A stretch of 64,000 nucleotides of DNA from IMG/VR virus record IMGVR_UViG_3300009130_000014, positions 1-64,000 of that record. One strand, given 5' to 3'. The DNA comes from a virus. Positions 60,052-64,000 of this stretch are shown piece by piece. The position numbers were made by a program, and so were the translations under genes. The notes beneath the pieces are model-generated. The model saw only the letters and a list, made by a program, of their open reading frames with translations. It made no database searches and was not told the DNA's origin. Each line of letters starts with the position of its first letter. The first letter of the stretch is position 1.

Positions 60052-60485
60052 CATTATTATTAATAGTAAACATAACATATTCTCAATGTAAGGATGGAAT
60101 AAAAATTGTTAATGATACTATAAAAACTAAAAGGCAAGTTTATATATGCAAGAATGTGAAAATGAGCCCTGCTAAATTTAGTTATTACTACCAAGTAGAT
60201 AAGCAATTTAAAATTTTAAAAGATTCGTTGCCTGAATTAGAAAAGTTAATACATAAAAATAGACAAACTAATGATTCGCTTATATCTAATTTAGAGTTAC
60301 ATATAAAAACTATAAAAGAACAAAAGGGTGAAACTATAGAGTCTCTTAAAGAAATTGAAGATTTAAATACACTATTAGAAGTAGAAAATCTTCAATTAAC
60401 TTTATCCAATAAATCAAATAAAAAGATTTATGGAATAGGAGGTATTATAATAGGGACTTTAATAGCAATAATAATAAGGAGATAA
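60018..60485 (+). CDS. secreted coiled-coil protein with a C-terminal TM anchor (spanin-like)
   Basis: Signal peptide ending TYS-Q, coiled coil, IYGIGGIIIGTLIAIIIRR end. Confidence 0.55.
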   Translation: MDRRLQRFFAVALLLIVNITYSQCKDGIKIVNDTIKTKRQVYICKNVKMSPAKFSYYYQVDKQFKILKDSLPELEKLIHKNRQTNDSLISNLELHIKTIKEQKGETIESLKEIEDLNTLLEVENLQLTLSNKSNKKIYGIGGIIIGTLIAIIIRR

Positions 60486-61951
60486 TGGAGTTAACAATAA
60501 ATACACTAGATGCTTTAACGGGAAATGCTTTAACTGTAGATGCTATAGTAATAGGAGTTAATATTTTCTCTAATACAAATACAGCTACAGCTACTGTCGA
60601 GGACAATAATGCAGAATCTATTACAGTAGGTTTGGCAGGCTACCATACATATAATATGGACATATCTAATGTTTATATAGACGATAAGACTATATATATT
60701 AATATGGTTCCTGATGTAACAAATATCAATGATCCTAATTATAATAAACCTTTTCCGATGCACTTCTTTTTTCAAGATCCGTGCAGCTTTAATGTAGATT
60801 ATTATAACGCATCAAATTATCCTGGAGAAATAACATGGTACATTAACAATCAAGAATTAAGTACAAGTAATACTAAAGGTGTAGCAGAATTTTGTTCTCC
60901 GGGAAATTATCAATTAAAAGTTAGAGGTACTGTAAGTTTAACTTTAGGTGATGTGTGTCCTGTGACATCTAATACTTGGGATAGACAATGGGCTACTACA
61001 AGTAATGCGGCTTTCTTACTTCCGGGTCAAGAAGTAGGGGCAGGAGAAACAGGTAATATTGTAGCAGGGCATATTGCTCCTATAGATACTTATTTGGCAA
61101 TAGATGTTATAACAAACTTAAAAGAAGATGAATTTAGACCTGAGTTGGTTATTAATACAAATTCTATCTCGCAATTAGATGAATGCTGTTTTGTTAAAGA
61201 TGAAGAAATAACAATAACGCCAAGCGTAACTATAAATAAAGGTACTGCAGATGATTATAATGTTATTTGGGAAATAGTTAATCCATTAGGGTTAGTTATT
61301 TTATCTCAGACTACTAGTATTGCTACTTCGTCTGCTATCAACTTAACCGAACTAGGATCTTATATTTTAAATTTAAAAGTTCGTCAGTTAAGTACCGGTA
61401 TAGAAGTATCTCAAACTAAGATGATAGAAACTTGTAACTTTATTACATTTGATTATGTAAGTTGCAATAATTATAAAATACATAATAGAAGTTTAGATAA
61501 TACAGTTACTGTGAATATACAAAGTATTGATAGTCAACAGTTTGATGATTTCGATCTTGAACCTCAGACTAGTAAAGATATAACTTTCACAGAATCTAAT
61601 CTTTATAAAGTAGATATTTTAAATGATTCAGTAACAGAGACATATATTATATCAAATTACTGTAATATTGAAAAGTGCTTATCTGATTATATATTAAATA
61701 TCCTATGTCCAGGTGATACTTCAGGTATATGTCCTGATACCGTAGAATTAAACCAACTATTAATGTTACATTATAGTTATTTTATGGAATTACATAAAGA
61801 GTATGGTATAAATAATTTCTACACAGGATTAGATGATAGTCAACTTGAAAGACTTGGAAATATAAAACAAATAATGGATAGAATATTAATGGTCTGCGAA
61901 AGAAAATCATGTAATACTTTATTTAATTCGAATTGTCCTACTTGTAAATAA
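60485..61951 (+). CDS. Cys-rich structural protein with Ig/PKD-like domains (tail-hub candidate)
   Basis: ITWYIN...PGNYQLKV and GSYILNLKV; C-terminal YCNIEKC...CPTCK. Confidence 0.6.
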   Translation: MELTINTLDALTGNALTVDAIVIGVNIFSNTNTATATVEDNNAESITVGLAGYHTYNMDISNVYIDDKTIYINMVPDVTNINDPNYNKPFPMHFFFQDPCSFNVDYYNASNYPGEITWYINNQELSTSNTKGVAEFCSPGNYQLKVRGTVSLTLGDVCPVTSNTWDRQWATTSNAAFLLPGQEVGAGETGNIVAGHIAPIDTYLAIDVITNLKEDEFRPELVINTNSISQLDECCFVKDEEITITPSVTINKGTADDYNVIWEIVNPLGLVILSQTTSIATSSAINLTELGSYILNLKVRQLSTGIEVSQTKMIETCNFITFDYVSCNNYKIHNRSLDNTVTVNIQSIDSQQFDDFDLEPQTSKDITFTESNLYKVDILNDSVTETYIISNYCNIEKCLSDYILNILCPGDTSGICPDTVELNQLLMLHYSYFMELHKEYGINNFYTGLDDSQLERLGNIKQIMDRILMVCERKSCNTLFNSNCPTCK

Positions 61952-62553
61952 TGAGTGTCTTAAATACATATCTTGAAGGATTGAGATATCCTACTAAATT
62001 TAAAGCTCAATATAATGAGCAAGAAGAATTGTACGCTCTCGCTTGGGATATAGTGAGAGATGAAGTATTTCGTCTTCAGGAATTAGGAATATCTTATGAT
62101 AAAAGGGGTAAAAAAGAATTAGCAGGGAAATATTATAAAGCAGCTAATATATATGTTTATATAATTCACTATGCTTTAATAATAAGAAATGAATTTGAAA
62201 GACAGAATAAAATAAATACATGTTTTACTTATTCTGATTTTTCTATAGACTGTGTAATAGGTAATCTACCTTGTCTTTCTAAAGAATATGGGACAGATTA
62301 TGTAAATACATTTTCGCAAATATTAACTTTATTTGGAATAGATAGACAGCTATCTGAATGTTCAGATTGTTGTTTAGGAATATCTCAAATGATAATAAAT
62401 GATTCAGACGACTGTTCTGGATTTATAATAGGAGATTGTGGTGAAAATACCGAAATTACGTTAACATCTTCGGGAGAATTTGAACTTTGCGAATTTGCAG
62501 TAAACGAATTTACACAAGCTACAGGTAATAACTTATACGATAATTGTAATTAA
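61951..62553 (+). CDS. Cys-rich hypothetical structural protein
   Basis: Coupled by TAATG; GISQMIIND...FIIG motif. Confidence 0.6.
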   Translation: MSVLNTYLEGLRYPTKFKAQYNEQEELYALAWDIVRDEVFRLQELGISYDKRGKKELAGKYYKAANIYVYIIHYALIIRNEFERQNKINTCFTYSDFSIDCVIGNLPCLSKEYGTDYVNTFSQILTLFGIDRQLSECSDCCLGISQMIINDSDDCSGFIIGDCGENTEITLTSSGEFELCEFAVNEFTQATGNNLYDNCN

Positions 62554-62555
62554 AA

Positions 62556-63263
62556 ATGGGAAATATATTTACAGATAAAGAAAGCTTAATTGCTAAAATA
62601 AAAGAAAGAGTTTTTAAAAATGATACTTTTTCTACTACATCATTAGATATCCAGTCTAACGATGTAGATATAGTAGAATCTTTATGGGACAGAGGATGTT
62701 CGGAAAAAGAATTTACAGCAACGGGGACCTTTTTAAACGGAACTGTAAAACGTACTATATGTGGTCCTAATGTGACTATAGTGGCTAAAATTAACTTCTT
62801 AAGTAACTTTAACGGAGTAGACTTTACAGGAGAATCTATTTCATTTAATGAAATCATACCTCTCAATCAAAGCGGTGCTCAATGGTTTAAATTAGAAACT
62901 ATAGGGACTGTTATAAATGATATTACTACAGGAGGAGGGGATTTTGGATTTTTTAAATTAAATGACCTTTCTACCTATACAGGAGCTACAGTAAATTCTG
63001 GAGATGAAACTAAGTTATTTATTCCGGGAGTTAGTAAAGGAACCAATCATTCTTGGTCCAGTGAGCTAGGAGATGTTTTCGCAGGAGGTTATGATAATGA
63101 TTTTGGAACAAGTACTAATAATTATGAGATAGATTCTCCTAAAGACATAACAGTCTCTCCTTTGAATCTCATAGTAGAAAATAATACTCTAGGAACAGGT
63201 AATTCTAATTTTTCTACTAATCAGGGTTCTGTTACTATTTATATGAAAGGGACTTTATTATAA
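62556..63263 (+). CDS. hypothetical structural protein
   Basis: ORF track; beta-rich. Confidence 0.65.
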   Translation: MGNIFTDKESLIAKIKERVFKNDTFSTTSLDIQSNDVDIVESLWDRGCSEKEFTATGTFLNGTVKRTICGPNVTIVAKINFLSNFNGVDFTGESISFNEIIPLNQSGAQWFKLETIGTVINDITTGGGDFGFFKLNDLSTYTGATVNSGDETKLFIPGVSKGTNHSWSSELGDVFAGGYDNDFGTSTNNYEIDSPKDITVSPLNLIVENNTLGTGNSNFSTNQGSVTIYMKGTLL

Positions 63264-63844
63264 TGAAAGTATATGTAATAAATTTACCCGAAGCTGAGGA
63301 AAGAAGAAATTCTATCATAAAAGAAATGAAAAAAACTAACCTTAGCTATGAATTTATTATACCCGAACCTTCTGAAAACATAGAATCTGATAATCCGGGA
63401 TGGACAAAAGGTGCTAATTCCTTACGTTTAACTACTATCAAGTTAATAGAACAAGCAATTAAAAATAACGAAGATAGTATATGGATATGGGAAGATGATA
63501 GTATTATCAATAAAGATCACTTTTATACATTTGTTGAAGATTTATCATTAATTGATGATTTTGATTTCATTCATTTAAATTGGAAAATAGGAGGGGTTAG
63601 TAGTATCAGATCAATAGGGTGTATGAGAAAAACACTAAGTGGGACTTTTTGTTGTCAGTCATACATTATAAATAAAAATATATTCGAGGAATATTTAAAA
63701 GAACTTAAAGTAGAACGTCCTATAGATGCGACTACAAAGTTATTACATAAAAAGAATAAAAATTCGTATCTTGTAGAACCTCCTGTAGTATCACATATTC
63801 CAGGAAATTATTCATATATACGAAAAGAAAAAGTAACATATTAA
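63263..63844 (+). CDS. glycosyltransferase family 25
   Basis: KVYVINL...ERR, IWIWEDD, SYIIN and PID motifs. Confidence 0.85.
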   Translation: MKVYVINLPEAEERRNSIIKEMKKTNLSYEFIIPEPSENIESDNPGWTKGANSLRLTTIKLIEQAIKNNEDSIWIWEDDSIINKDHFYTFVEDLSLIDDFDFIHLNWKIGGVSSIRSIGCMRKTLSGTFCCQSYIINKNIFEEYLKELKVERPIDATTKLLHKKNKNSYLVEPPVVSHIPGNYSYIRKEKVTY

Positions 63845-63845
63845 A

Positions 63846-64000
63846 ATGGGAAATTTAAGATCAAAAAGCTGGTTTTTCACCATAACAGAAACAGCTACTA
63901 AAAGAGGAACTAGGTTTAGAAATGGTGATAGGCCTACTCAAAGTACATTTGATGATTTGATTACATCTTCTGTTTTTAAGTCGGACGTAAACGATAGGGC
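63846..64000 (+). CDS. 5' part of a probable tail fibre gene (truncated by the window)
   Basis: MGNLRSKSWFF...RFRNGDRPTQSTFDDLITS; open to the window end. Confidence 0.55.
   Translation, partial: MGNLRSKSWFFTITETATKRGTRFRNGDRPTQSTFDDLITSSVFKSDVNDR

Noticed and set aside
6037-62866. Numerous short minus-strand and alternate-frame ORFs in the track (e.g. 6037, 7637, 9027, 11698, 23446, 36264, 40079, 62519)
   Set aside because: They lie within long + strand genes and have antisense-like composition
4927-64000. Stop-codon reassignment (TAG/TGA) as in some gut crAss phages
   Set aside because: Long genes are intact and tightly packed under the standard code, and no suppressor tRNA is seen

Overview
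AT-rich 64-kb segment of a crAss-like (Crassvirales) podovirus genome. The host is inferred to be a Bacteroidota/Flavobacteriaceae bacterium. The code is standard, and I see no rRNA, CRISPR array or transposon. Bases 1-4444 are a minus-strand early/accessory region. It holds small ORFs organised as an array of integron-like cassettes bounded by attC-like palindromic sites (1-1470), and an ~850-bp non-coding stretch with a tRNA-like gene lacking a normal anticodon loop plus further structured elements (3310-4170). After a divergent control region (4445-4926) everything is on the + strand. First come GroES-like, RepL-like and metallophosphoesterase genes and three tandem paralogs with constant and variable blocks. 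Next is the crAss-type morphogenesis block: terminase, portal, scaffold, major capsid, ring proteins, auxiliary capsid, HU/IHF-like proteins and muzzle. Five large cargo/ejection proteins follow, including a 2257-aa virion RNA polymerase (DFDID motif). The window ends with tail/fibre genes, a lysis cassette and a GT25 glycosyltransferase. The most novel-looking element is the attC-like cassette array, in which all genes are inverted relative to the sites and two ORFs are encoded partly or wholly inside the loop of a recombination site. Family assignments come from motif recognition and synteny, not from database searches.
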